Shown here: positions 28,844-38,265 of the stretch, piece after piece | Layout of the letters: each line of letters begins with the position of its first letter | Position numbering within the stretch: the first letter of the stretch is position 1 | From: Chthonomonadales bacterium | GTDB taxonomy: Bacteria; Armatimonadota; Chthonomonadetes; Chthonomonadales; Chthonomonadaceae | Assembly: GCA_038211235.1 (NCBI GenBank) | Contig: JBBQVV010000001.1 | Span: forward strand, 12,893-76,892 | Direction of reading: 5' to 3' | Length of the DNA: 64,000 nucleotides | Notes under the pieces: model-generated | The model's database searches: none | What the model was told of the DNA's origin: nothing | What the model saw: only the letters and a program-made list of their open reading frames with translations | Program-made: the position numbers and the translations under genes

Positions 28844-30120
28844 GCGACGATCGGATTCGTGCCTCCTACCTCATCGAGACTCCTCATTCGGTCGAGCGCA
28901 CGCTGGACGTGATCGCCGGCGAGCAGTCGTCCGGCACGTTCGTGCCGGTGGCGGGCGAGACGCCGGAGCTCAAGGCTCGGTTCGGCGCGCGAGTGGAGCA
29001 GATCGAGCTGCTGGACAGCGTGAATTGTCCCAGTCTTCCGGGATGTCGACCGCCGAATGAATCGGCGCCGAGCAATGGATACCGGCGCGCCGTCGCCGTG
29101 ATCTCATGGCCATTCGAGAACGTCGGCGCTAATTTGCCGACGTTATGCTCGATGCTGTGCGGCAACCACTACGAGTTGAATGACCACTCCGGTCTACGGC
29201 TCCTGGATCTCGAGATACCGCTTGCCTTTGCGGACCGATATCCGGGTCCACAGTTCGGAATTGAAGGCACGCGCCGACTCTCAGGCGTCCATGACCGCCC
29301 GCTCATCGGAACGATCGTGAAGCCCAGCATCGGACTTTCGCCGGAGCAGACGGCAGAGTTGGTCGCAGGTCTGGTCGCCGCCGGTCTGGACTTCATCAAG
29401 GACGATGAGTTGATGGCGAACCCGCCGCACTCGCCCTTCGATGCAAGGGTTCGTGCCGTGATGCGGGAAGTCAATGCCCATGCGGATCGCACCGGCAAGA
29501 AGGTGATGGTCGCCTTCAACATCACGGACGAACTGGATGAGATGCGGCGGAATCATGATACGGTCATCGGTGAAGGCGGAACGTGCGTGATGGTCAGCCT
29601 CAACAGCGTTGGGTTCGCCGGCGTCACGGCGATGCGCCGTCACAGCGCCCTTCCGATCCACGGGCACCGAAACGGTTGGGGCATGTTGACGCGCTGTCCC
29701 GCGCTGGGGATCGCGTTTCCGGCTTACCAGAAGCTGTGGCGATTGGCGGGCGTGGACCATCTGCACGTGAACGGGCTGCGAAGTAAGTTTTGGGAGCCGG
29801 ACGACTCCGTGGTCACTTCTGTGCGCTCCTGCCTTACTCCGTTGTTCGGAGGAGACTCCGGCGGATATTTCGCCATGCCAGTGGTCGCGTCCGGCCAATG
29901 GGCCGGACTGGCGCCGGATACGTATCGGCGCACCGGCACGACCGATCTGATCCACCTGGCGGGAGGCGGAATTATGGCGCACCCTGGCGGCCCGCCGGCC
30001 GGAGTGATCTCGATGCGGCAGGCATGGGAAGCGGCCGTATCCGGTATATCGCTTGATGTCTACCAACGCGACCATCCTGAGCTGCGGGCCGCGATCGCAA
30101 AGTTCGGCGGGAATCGGTAG
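28840..30120 (+). CDS. RuBisCO-like protein (form IV large-subunit homologue)
   Basis: 426 aa, ATGA overlap with the upstream gene. GTIVKPSIGLSP, GLDFIKDDEL, PIHGHRNG and VDHLHVNG correspond to RuBisCO KPKLGLS, GGxDFxKDDE, HxHRA and DHxHxG. Confidence 0.9.
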   Translation: MSDDRIRASYLIETPHSVERTLDVIAGEQSSGTFVPVAGETPELKARFGARVEQIELLDSVNCPSLPGCRPPNESAPSNGYRRAVAVISWPFENVGANLPTLCSMLCGNHYELNDHSGLRLLDLEIPLAFADRYPGPQFGIEGTRRLSGVHDRPLIGTIVKPSIGLSPEQTAELVAGLVAAGLDFIKDDELMANPPHSPFDARVRAVMREVNAHADRTGKKVMVAFNITDELDEMRRNHDTVIGEGGTCVMVSLNSVGFAGVTAMRRHSALPIHGHRNGWGMLTRCPALGIAFPAYQKLWRLAGVDHLHVNGLRSKFWEPDDSVVTSVRSCLTPLFGGDSGGYFAMPVVASGQWAGLAPDTYRRTGTTDLIHLAGGGIMAHPGGPPAGVISMRQAWEAAVSGISLDVYQRDHPELRAAIAKFGGNR

Positions 30121-30213
30121 CCTTGACTATTCCAGGTCAACCATCGGACTTCACATCTCTATCGGGCTTACCTGTATGGGCGAACCTGCCCAACATTAGT
30201 CGGTCACGTTAGC

Positions 30214-31617
30214 GTGGTATGTGAACCCGTGATTCTGCCCGCAGGGTTGGTGTTGAGCTTCTACGGAGACGACTTCACCGGCTCAACGGATACGATGGAG
30301 GTTCTGGCGAAGGCCGGTCTCCGGACTCTCATCTTCCTTGAGCCCCCGCGCCCAGACCAGTTGGCCCGGTTTCCGGGCGTGCGAGCGATCGGCGTCGCGG
30401 GCGTCAGCCGCAGCATGCCGTTAGCAGAGATGGATTGCGAGCTTCCGAAGCTGTTCGCATCTCTTTCAGAGCTCGGCTCTCCACTGTTTCACATCAAGAT
30501 CTGCTCAACGTTCGATTCGGCGCCTCATGTAGGCAGCATCGGACGGACGATCGAGCTGGGGCTCAAGGCATTTCCGTCCGCGTTCGTTCCGCTCATAGTC
30601 GGCGCTCCGACCCTAAATCGCTTCTGTGCCTTCGGGAATCTCTTTGCGCGGTCCGGTCCTGAGAGCGGTGTCTTTCGGCTCGACCGTCATCCGACCATGT
30701 CCCTGCATCCCATTACGCCGATGGATGAGAGCGACCTGCGCCTCCACCTCGCACGGCAGACGGAGCTGCCAATCGAGTTGGTCAGCCTGTTGGATCTGGA
30801 CCGGGGACCGGAGTGGGCCGCTGCCCGAACGGACGAGTTAATCGCAGGCGGGAATCGGATTCTGCTATTTGACACGGTTACTCGGCAGCATCTGGCCGTT
30901 ATCGGTCGACTGCTGTGGGATCGCGCGAGGGCCCGGCCACCACTATTTGTGATCGGCTCGTCGGGTGTCGAGTATGCGCTGTACGCCTTCTGGCGTGATG
31001 CAGGCAATTTGCCGGAGCCGGCGCCCCATATCGCCGTGCCGGTCGATCAAGTCCTTGTTGTATCCGGCAGCTGCTCGCCCGTCACCGATCGTCAAATCGG
31101 TCATGCGCTTGACAACGGCTTCGTGGAGGCCGCGTTGGATCCGATTGAGTTGCTGGACCGTTCACTTGGCGCTGAAGCACTCGAGCGCGCGACCACCGAT
31201 ATCGTTGCGGTGTTACAGCGTGGTCACAGCGTCGTCGCGCACACGTGCCGCGGACCGGACGATGCGCGACTCACGGCCATGCGGACGGGCGCCTCGAGCC
31301 CAGACGCGGAATGTAGCGGGCAACAGATCGGACGTGTCTTAGGGAGGCTGATCAGGGAGGTTCTGCATAATCAACCGGTTATGCGATTGGTGATCGCGGG
31401 AGGAGATACATCCGGCTATGCGGCGCGAGAACTCGGTATCGAGGCGTTGGAATTCGTGGCGCCGCTTGCTCCAGGATCGCCTTTATGCCGGATCTATTCG
31501 CCTGACACTCGACTCGAAGGAGTTGAGATTGTATTCAAGGGCGGCCAGGTTGGCGCGGTCGACCTGTTTGCGAGCATTCGACATGGCGTCCCTACGATGA
31601 TCGGAGATGCAAGATGA
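30214..31617 (+). CDS. Four-carbon acid sugar kinase family protein (DUF1537)
   Basis: 467 aa. N-terminal SFYGDDFTGSTDTMEVLAKAG and C-terminal IAGGDTSG are present. Confidence 0.85.
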   Translation: MVCEPVILPAGLVLSFYGDDFTGSTDTMEVLAKAGLRTLIFLEPPRPDQLARFPGVRAIGVAGVSRSMPLAEMDCELPKLFASLSELGSPLFHIKICSTFDSAPHVGSIGRTIELGLKAFPSAFVPLIVGAPTLNRFCAFGNLFARSGPESGVFRLDRHPTMSLHPITPMDESDLRLHLARQTELPIELVSLLDLDRGPEWAAARTDELIAGGNRILLFDTVTRQHLAVIGRLLWDRARARPPLFVIGSSGVEYALYAFWRDAGNLPEPAPHIAVPVDQVLVVSGSCSPVTDRQIGHALDNGFVEAALDPIELLDRSLGAEALERATTDIVAVLQRGHSVVAHTCRGPDDARLTAMRTGASSPDAECSGQQIGRVLGRLIREVLHNQPVMRLVIAGGDTSGYAARELGIEALEFVAPLAPGSPLCRIYSPDTRLEGVEIVFKGGQVGAVDLFASIRHGVPTMIGDAR

Positions 31618-32453
31618 CCACTATCGCACTAATGGGAGCAGGAGGCAAGATGGGCTGCCGTCTGACTGACAATCTGAAGGCTCATCCAGACTACAAAATG
31701 CTGTACGTTGAGTTGAGCGACGCCGGCATCGCGCGTATGACCGAACGGGGCGTACGCCCGACGCCGGCGGACGACGCTCTGCCGCGCGCCGACGTGGTGA
31801 TCCTCGCGGTTCCAGACGCGCTCATCGGTCGGATCTCCACGGAGATCGTTCCCAAACTCCGTCCCGGCACGCTCGTTATGGGCCTCGATCCCGCGGCCGG
31901 TTATGCGGGCGTTTTCCCAGATCGCCCCGAGGTGTCCTATTTCGCGGCGCATCCCTGCCATCCGCCGCTCTTTATGGAAGAGACCTCACACGAGGCCCAA
32001 ACTGACTGGTTCGGCGGTTATCATGCTCGACAGAGCGTCGTGTGTGCGTTGATCCAGGGGCCGGAAGTGCACTATGCGCTTGGCTCGAGGATCGCGGCGG
32101 ATATGTACGCCCCGATCCTTCGGATGCATCGCATCACGGTCGAACAGATGGCGATCCTGGAACCGGGGGTCGTTGAGACCACCTGCGCCACGCTCGTCTC
32201 GGGCATGAAGGAGGCGCTGGACGAGGCGATCCGAATGGGCGTGCCGGAAGAGGCGGCGTGGGACTTCGTCATGGGGCACATCCGCATCGAACTTGCGATT
32301 ATCTTCGGATACGCCGGCTTCCCATTCTCGGACGGGGCAAAGCTGGCGATCGATAAGGCTCGATCGAAGATATTCCAGCCGGACTGGAAGAAGAACGTTC
32401 TGACGCTTGAGGCCATCGGAAATCAGGTACGCGAAATCACCGGCACGCACTAA
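31614..32453 (+). CDS. NAD(P)-binding dehydrogenase with phosphogluconate-dehydrogenase-like C-terminal domain (candidate D-apionate oxidoisomerase)
   Basis: 279 aa, 4-nt overlap with the kinase gene. Motifs IALMGAGGKMG and VVILAVPDAL are present. The specific role is inferred from context. Confidence 0.75.
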   Translation: MTTIALMGAGGKMGCRLTDNLKAHPDYKMLYVELSDAGIARMTERGVRPTPADDALPRADVVILAVPDALIGRISTEIVPKLRPGTLVMGLDPAAGYAGVFPDRPEVSYFAAHPCHPPLFMEETSHEAQTDWFGGYHARQSVVCALIQGPEVHYALGSRIAADMYAPILRMHRITVEQMAILEPGVVETTCATLVSGMKEALDEAIRMGVPEEAAWDFVMGHIRIELAIIFGYAGFPFSDGAKLAIDKARSKIFQPDWKKNVLTLEAIGNQVREITGTH

Positions 32454-32581
32454 TGCGCGGTAAGCGCGTGCAACATGCGTCGGTATTGTAGCGCAGGATT
32501 TACCGGCAGGGGCGGCGCCTGTGATTCAGGGCCCGGGTTAAGTTGACGATGTTGAACGGAGTGGGCGGCGAGGAGGCCCGG

Positions 32582-33904
32582 ATGCAACTGAAAGTTAGTG
32601 AAAACAGCCGATTCCTTGTGTATGAGGATGGATCGCCGTTTTTCTATCTGGGTGACACCGCCAGGGAGCTGTTTCATCGATGCACTTTGGCGGAGGCGGA
32701 GGTCTATCTCCGAGATCGCGCGGCGAAGCGATTTACTGTCATACAGGCCGTGGCGCTCGCGGAGCTGGACGGCCTCCGTACGCCGAACGCCAATGGCGAC
32801 CTTCCACTACACGATGATGACCCGATGCGGCTGAACGAGGCCTACTTCGCCCATGTTGACGCCATCGTGGCGCTGGCTGCGTCACTCGGCCTGTTCATCG
32901 GGATGCTGCCGACGTGGGGCGATAAGTGGAATCGAAAAATGGGCGCCGGACCGGAGATATTCACACCGGATACCGCACGAACCTATGGTCTGTCGCTTGG
33001 CAGACGGTATGCCGCGCACCCGATCATATGGATCCTAGGAGGCGACCGCCCCGTGGAGTCCGATGCACATCGCGATGTCCTGACATCCATGGCTGAAGGA
33101 CTCCGTGAAGGCGATGGCGGCGCCCATCTTATCACGCTTCATCCTCCCGGCGGGCACGGCTCACAGGAATACTTCCCTGATACACCCTGGATCGACTTCC
33201 ACATGTGGCAATCCGGCCATGCCCGTAACCGAGATAGCGACGCCTGCATCCGGTCCGACTACGAGCGAATGCCGGTGAAGCCGATCATGGACGCGGAGCC
33301 GGGTTACGAGGACCATCCAAGCGCCTTCAACCTCGACAACGGCTATCTGGACGACTACGACGTGCGCAAATCGACCTATCGTGCGCTTTTCGCCGGAGCG
33401 TTCGGCCACACGTACGGCTGGCATCCGATCTGGCAGTTCGCCATGCCCGGACGCGAGCCGCTCACATTTGCGCGGCGTACATGGCTGGAAGCGATGAATC
33501 TCCCCGGATCTGGGCAGGTTCAGCATGCTCGCGCGTTGATCGAGTCCCGGCCCGTCCTGAGCCGGATTCCGGACGATGGCATGATTGTGTCCGAAAACGG
33601 AACGGGCAGTCATCATGCGCAGGCGACAAGGGATTCCTGCGGGACCTACGCCTTCATCTATGTGCCGTCGAGTAAGCCGGTTGAGGTGGATACGGCGTCG
33701 CTCTCGGGCGCAACGCTTGCCGCGTCATGGCATGATCCTCGTACGGGCGTAGCCCAAACGATCGGTAACGTCGCGAGAACCGGGAAGCACCGATTTACGC
33801 CACCGTTTCTCGGGCCGGACTGGGTGCTCGTGCTGGATGATGCAGCTTGCGGCTACGCGGCGCCGGGGTCCGAGCGCTATCAAGATCGCGCTGCAGTTGC
33901 ATGA
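32582..33904 (+). CDS. DUF4038 / GH140-like glycoside hydrolase, paralogue 2
   Basis: The ATG (MQLKVSENSRFLVYEDGSPFFYLGDTARELF) follows GGCGAGGAGG. The tail reads CGTYAFIYVPSS...ASWHDPRTG...FTPP. Confidence 0.75.
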   Translation: MQLKVSENSRFLVYEDGSPFFYLGDTARELFHRCTLAEAEVYLRDRAAKRFTVIQAVALAELDGLRTPNANGDLPLHDDDPMRLNEAYFAHVDAIVALAASLGLFIGMLPTWGDKWNRKMGAGPEIFTPDTARTYGLSLGRRYAAHPIIWILGGDRPVESDAHRDVLTSMAEGLREGDGGAHLITLHPPGGHGSQEYFPDTPWIDFHMWQSGHARNRDSDACIRSDYERMPVKPIMDAEPGYEDHPSAFNLDNGYLDDYDVRKSTYRALFAGAFGHTYGWHPIWQFAMPGREPLTFARRTWLEAMNLPGSGQVQHARALIESRPVLSRIPDDGMIVSENGTGSHHAQATRDSCGTYAFIYVPSSKPVEVDTASLSGATLAASWHDPRTGVAQTIGNVARTGKHRFTPPFLGPDWVLVLDDAACGYAAPGSERYQDRAAVA

Positions 33905-34932
33905 GAGCCCTGATAATCGGTGGGACGGGCCTGATCAGCACGCCGTTGACGATCGAGCTCCTCGAACGCGGCATCGACGTGACGCACTTCAATCGCAATC
34001 GCGTTCAGACTGACGTGCCGGACCCCGTGCATCGCCTCATTGGAGACCGAACGGATCGCGAAAAGTTTGAGTCGGTAATGCGGGCGACGGACCCGTTTGA
34101 TTGCGTCTTCGACATGGTCTGCTACGATCCGCGAGATGCCGAGAGCCTCGTCAGTGCGTTCAAAGGTCGCGTCGGCCACCTGGTCGTCTGCAGCACTGTC
34201 GATGTCTACCAGAAGCCGCCGCGCGCGTATCCTATCTCCGACGACACGCCGCACGGCCCCGCGCCCTGGGCGTATGCAGTGAATAAAGCCCGCATCGAGG
34301 CGATTCTCGGCGATGCCCACGGACGCGGCGACTTTCCCGTTACCATCCTCCGTCCGGCGTTCACCTACGGTGACGGGCGCGGTCTCGTCCACAGCCTCGG
34401 CGGTCGGACGAGCTACTTCGACCGGCTACGCAAAGGCAAACCGATCGTAGTGCACGGCGACGGAAGCTCGCTCTGGGTCTCCTGCCACGCGATCGATGTC
34501 GCTCGCGCCTTTGCAAACGCCGGCGGCAGTTCGCAGACCTTTGGCAACTCCTACCACCTCACCGGCGAAGAGTGGATGACCTGGAACGACTATCATCGTA
34601 CGGTGGCCGCGGTGCTGGGTGGACCAGAGCCGGAACTCATCCATATTCCGTCGAATCTACTTGCGCGGTTCGCACCGAATCGCGCCGGTATCTGCGCCGT
34701 CAACTTCCAGTACAACAACATCTTCGATAACACTGCCGCGCAGACGGAGCTTGACTTCCGATACACGATCTCCTTCCGTGAGGGCGTTTGCAGGGTCGTC
34801 TCATGGCTCGACGCGAACGGTGGAATTGAGAACTGCGACGAGGATGTGCTGGAGGATCGGATCATTGCCGCATGGCGCGAACATACGCAAGAAATGGTTG
34901 ATAGACTTTCATTGTCCAATGAGCTTTCTTGA
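33901..34932 (+). CDS. NAD-dependent epimerase/dehydratase family protein
   Basis: The ATG at 33901 overlaps the upstream TGA. The N-terminus is MRALIIGGTGLIS. Confidence 0.85.
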   Translation: MRALIIGGTGLISTPLTIELLERGIDVTHFNRNRVQTDVPDPVHRLIGDRTDREKFESVMRATDPFDCVFDMVCYDPRDAESLVSAFKGRVGHLVVCSTVDVYQKPPRAYPISDDTPHGPAPWAYAVNKARIEAILGDAHGRGDFPVTILRPAFTYGDGRGLVHSLGGRTSYFDRLRKGKPIVVHGDGSSLWVSCHAIDVARAFANAGGSSQTFGNSYHLTGEEWMTWNDYHRTVAAVLGGPEPELIHIPSNLLARFAPNRAGICAVNFQYNNIFDNTAAQTELDFRYTISFREGVCRVVSWLDANGGIENCDEDVLEDRIIAAWREHTQEMVDRLSLSNELS

Positions 34933-35084
34933 TCCATTGCGCGCGGCGCACGGTCCCACGGTTAGGGCCGGGGACGAACGTTTATGCAATGGCCACACTC
35001 TGAGTGTTGGCAATTCCGCGAACTACAACGTTTCTTAGGGTTCTGTGCGCGGAGGTCTCGACCTTGCCATTCCCCCTATCCCAA

Positions 35085-36146
35085 ATGCCGCCAATCGATC
35101 GGGACAAGACTGTCGCGCAGGCCGTCGCCAGAATCGTCGAAGCGCTGGGGATGATTTCCGACGGCGGCATCATCGAGATGACGTGCCTGATGAAGGGCCA
35201 TGATGCGCGAGTGCCGCACGATCTTAACCGGCGCGAGATCGGCGCCGCGGTGTGGCCGTTCCCACCCGATCAACCGACTTTGGAAGCGCTGATTGCCATC
35301 GGGTATACGCCCATTCCGTGCGATGCGACCGGCGAATCGAAACGATTTGTTCATTGTACGCAGCCGTTTGCGCTCCGTCTGATGGAGGCCGGTTCGCCGG
35401 AATGGACCGACTACATTGTCCTCAGTGCCTACCTAAACCTTTCCCCCAATGAGCTATCAGCGTCTTATGATCACAAGCGTCCACTGCTCGGCATAATGGG
35501 CACGGAGCCGGCAGCCGACCTGGTTCAGACGGCCCGCAACTGGTGGATCGAAAGCCAGGGCTTTGGGCCTCTGCACCGTACGTTGCGGGAGCTCATAGAT
35601 TTCGACCGGCCCTGGTGGGTTGGAGGCGGCTGGGCTATCGATCTGTTTCTCGGACGAGTGACTCGCCTGCACTGCGACGTCGACATCTCGATCGCACGAT
35701 CCGATCAACTGACCCTTCAGGCCCACCTATCGGAGCGGAACTGGAAGCTCATGGCACCAGACGACGGCAGGTTGGAGCCGTGGCCTCCTTCCGTGTTTCT
35801 GGAGCTGCCCCGACATCAGGCGCACGCCCATCGCGACGGAGAGTTCCTTGACGTCCTGTTCGGCGAAGTGTCGGACGGCGTTTGGCGATTTCGGCGGAAG
35901 CAGGAGATCGTTCGTACGATGGATCGAGTCGTGATGCGAAACGCGGACGGAGTCCCGTTTATCGCTCCGGAGATCGCACTGTTGTTCAAGTCCCGCTCGG
36001 TCGACGACGATCGCCGTCAGAAGGACCGGGACGATTTCGAGCTGGCGTCTCCCCGCCTTGAACCGGAGCGCCGCGCCTGGCTGCGCTGGGCGCTGACCGT
36101 GTGGGACCCAGCCCACCCCTGGATCGCGCGGTTGGACGCGATCTGA
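35085..36146 (+). CDS. Two-domain protein with C-terminal aminoglycoside-2''-adenylyltransferase-like nucleotidyltransferase domain
   Basis: WWVGGGWAIDLFLG...HCDVDISI and a later FIAPEIALLFKS. The N-terminal ~190 aa are unassigned and the start is uncertain. Confidence 0.6.
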   Translation: MPPIDRDKTVAQAVARIVEALGMISDGGIIEMTCLMKGHDARVPHDLNRREIGAAVWPFPPDQPTLEALIAIGYTPIPCDATGESKRFVHCTQPFALRLMEAGSPEWTDYIVLSAYLNLSPNELSASYDHKRPLLGIMGTEPAADLVQTARNWWIESQGFGPLHRTLRELIDFDRPWWVGGGWAIDLFLGRVTRLHCDVDISIARSDQLTLQAHLSERNWKLMAPDDGRLEPWPPSVFLELPRHQAHAHRDGEFLDVLFGEVSDGVWRFRRKQEIVRTMDRVVMRNADGVPFIAPEIALLFKSRSVDDDRRQKDRDDFELASPRLEPERRAWLRWALTVWDPAHPWIARLDAI

Positions 36147-36339
36147 CTGGGTGAGCTATGAACGGCCTTGCCGGAGTCGATCGGCCGCCCGCTGTATACC
36201 TTAGGTCTGCGCGAAGTCAAGTACAGGGCTAAGCAACACCATCGCGGCAATCATCGTAGCGCTTGTCCCGTCGCCCACCACTGCAGATGATTATTCGTCT
36301 GCACGGCGGACGGTCGTCCATGTGATGATGCGAGCAAGC

Positions 36340-36774
36340 TCATCGAACAATGAGAACGGAGCAGCGTGCGTGATGGACAACATGGTCGGACACGCTGCCG
36401 AGCAATAGTGCCTTCAGCGGGCTCAGACCACGGCTTCCCAGTACAATGAGATCAACGGACTCCTCCTCCGCTACACGGACGATTTGATTCGCCGCATGAC
36501 CGCACTCGTGCCGACATTGGTACCTCACACCGGTTTTTTGACAAAACTCAAGGGTCTTGTCCAGATTGGCTTTTTGCTGCTTTGTCAACTTTGACCCGGT
36601 GTCCGCGACACCGATCTCGAGTTGCCACGGCACCGCAAACTGCTGTGTAGAAGTGGATTCGACGTGCAGAAGCAATACGCATGCATCCTGCTCCTTCGCC
36701 ATCGTTACGGCTTTTTGGGCGGCGTTCAAGGCGTGTTCCGAACCATCAGAACATATCAAAATGGTCTTGAACAT
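36340..36774 (-). CDS. Universal stress protein (UspA family)
   Basis: The start MFKTILICSDGSEHA follows AAAGGAG. Motifs LIVLGSRGL and GSVSDHVVHHARCSVLIV are present. Confidence 0.9.
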   Translation of the reverse strand: MFKTILICSDGSEHALNAAQKAVTMAKEQDACVLLLHVESTSTQQFAVPWQLEIGVADTGSKLTKQQKANLDKTLEFCQKTGVRYQCRHECGHAANQIVRVAEEESVDLIVLGSRGLSPLKALLLGSVSDHVVHHARCSVLIVR

Positions 36775-36929
36775 CACATCTCCTTTACTGTTGAGTGGAC
36801 GATTCACTTACGATTCGAGTAAGGCATAGCTAAGTTAGTTGCCCGCGAACGGGCCGCTGATGTCTGGATCGATCTAGCGGACAACCATCACGGGACAGGA
36901 CACATCGTGGACCACGGACACATGAGGTA

Positions 36930-37373
36930 TCAGCGCACGGCAAGTACTGGACAGCGTGCATGGTGCAGTACTCCGTCGGAGACGCTTCCAAGCAACAGCC
37001 GCTCGAACCCGCCAAGTCCTCGGCTGCCCATCACGATCAGATCGATCTGCTCATCGTGCGCAGTGCTGATTATCCGATCAACGGGATGTCCGAGCTCTCG
37101 ATGTGACCGGAAAACGACTCCGGCCGCTTCAAGGACCTTGCTCGTTGCGTGCTCTACTGCCAGATGGGTCTCTTCCGCAAAGCAACCCGCGCTGACAGCG
37201 GATTCCAGTGTCCCCCCCGGAATTCCCATCGTCGCCGCTGGAATCACAGTTGGATCGTATACACTAAGCAGAATGACGTCGGAGCCAAACTTCAGAGCAA
37301 TCTGCGCGGCAATCTCGGCCGCGCGAAGCGCTAACGTGGATCCATCCGAACAAACCAGAATCTTTGAAAACAT
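36930..37373 (-). CDS. Universal stress protein (UspA family)
   Basis: The start MFSKILVCSDGS follows GAGGAG. Motifs LIVMGSRGLGG and GSVSDGVLHHARCPVL are present. Confidence 0.9.
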   Translation of the reverse strand: MFSKILVCSDGSTLALRAAEIAAQIALKFGSDVILLSVYDPTVIPAATMGIPGGTLESAVSAGCFAEETHLAVEHATSKVLEAAGVVFRSHRELGHPVDRIISTAHDEQIDLIVMGSRGLGGFERLLLGSVSDGVLHHARCPVLAVR

Positions 37374-37438
37374 GTGTGCACTCCTCGGGTGCGCTGCCTG
37401 CGGCGGGTCGAGAATGTTGTCAGACAGCACTCACCACG

Positions 37439-37867
37439 CTAACAGAACGGTGTACGAATCAACCTGCAAACGTTCCTATTCATCACCTCGACCAGCGAAT
37501 ATGGCCCTGCGCCGGCAGCCAGTGTCGCCAAAGCAATAACCAGTTGTGTTAGAGCATAGTCCGTGGCAACCGAGCTTGGTATTCGGCTGATGGACAGCGC
37601 AGCAACGAGTACCACGATTAGCATAGCGGCTCCGGCTCGAGCTCCGATCCCTGTCAGCACCATCAAACCACCGAAGAACTGCGCTAAGCCAACGAGAAGG
37701 GCGACCTCCACGGACAGATGCGCATAGTGTGCGAACCCATTTACACCCGGCCCCTGAAACATTCCGAACAGGATGCCGCTGCCCTGGATGAGAAACTCAC
37801 GTGCAAGGGCGAGACGTATCAGCACCAGACCTATTCCGATCATTCTTTGCTGTTGATCGCGTTCCAT
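37439..37867 (-). CDS. DoxX-family membrane protein
   Basis: Four hydrophobic segments. I chose the internal ATG (MERDQQQRMIGIGLVLIR) to avoid overlapping the upstream small gene. Confidence 0.75.
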   Translation of the reverse strand: MERDQQQRMIGIGLVLIRLALAREFLIQGSGILFGMFQGPGVNGFAHYAHLSVEVALLVGLAQFFGGLMVLTGIGARAGAAMLIVVLVAALSISRIPSSVATDYALTQLVIALATLAAGAGPYSLVEVMNRNVCRLIRTPFC

Positions 37868-37871
37868 GCGC

Positions 37872-38102
37872 TTATCCTCGTGTGCTGCCCGTGCGATCGG
37901 CATTCATTAAGTAACTATGTGCGCACACAGGGCAAAAGTGCAGTGATGCACCTCGGTTCAAGATGTACAACCATCCTTCGGGTGCGGGCACCCTACCGGC
38001 GGATGGAAGGAGTGTCGGGCGCAGGGCGACCGGAACCGCGCTGACTGCGGTGCAACGGGCACCATCGCAATGAATGTGTTTTCCATCGTCTCTCAGGCTC
38101 AT
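37872..38102 (-). CDS. Small Cys4 (zinc-ribbon-like) hypothetical protein
   Basis: 76 codons from an ATG preceded by AAAGAGGT. MSLRDDGKHIHCDGARC...WLYILNRGASLHFCPVCAHSY (CxxxC...CxxC). Confidence 0.45.
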   Translation of the reverse strand: MSLRDDGKHIHCDGARCTAVSAVPVALRPTLLPSAGRVPAPEGWLYILNRGASLHFCPVCAHSYLMNADRTGSTRG

Positions 38103-38265
38103 CTTTGTACTTACCTCTTTCGAGAGAATATCTGTGCCCATTATAGGGTCAGCGCGAACAGGATACATCCTCGATACGGCGGATTGTAATGGAAAGAGGC
38201 CAGATACACGGGTACCCGGCCTTACACAACGAAGAAGGGAAGTTGACTCATCGCATGATTCAGAT

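Noticed and set aside
28840-30120. Bona fide CO2-fixing RuBisCO
   Set aside because: KPK is KPS. There is no small subunit, phosphoribulokinase or CBB context. The gene is embedded between a sugar dehydrogenase and a DUF1537 kinase, which is typical of form-IV RLP catabolic loci.
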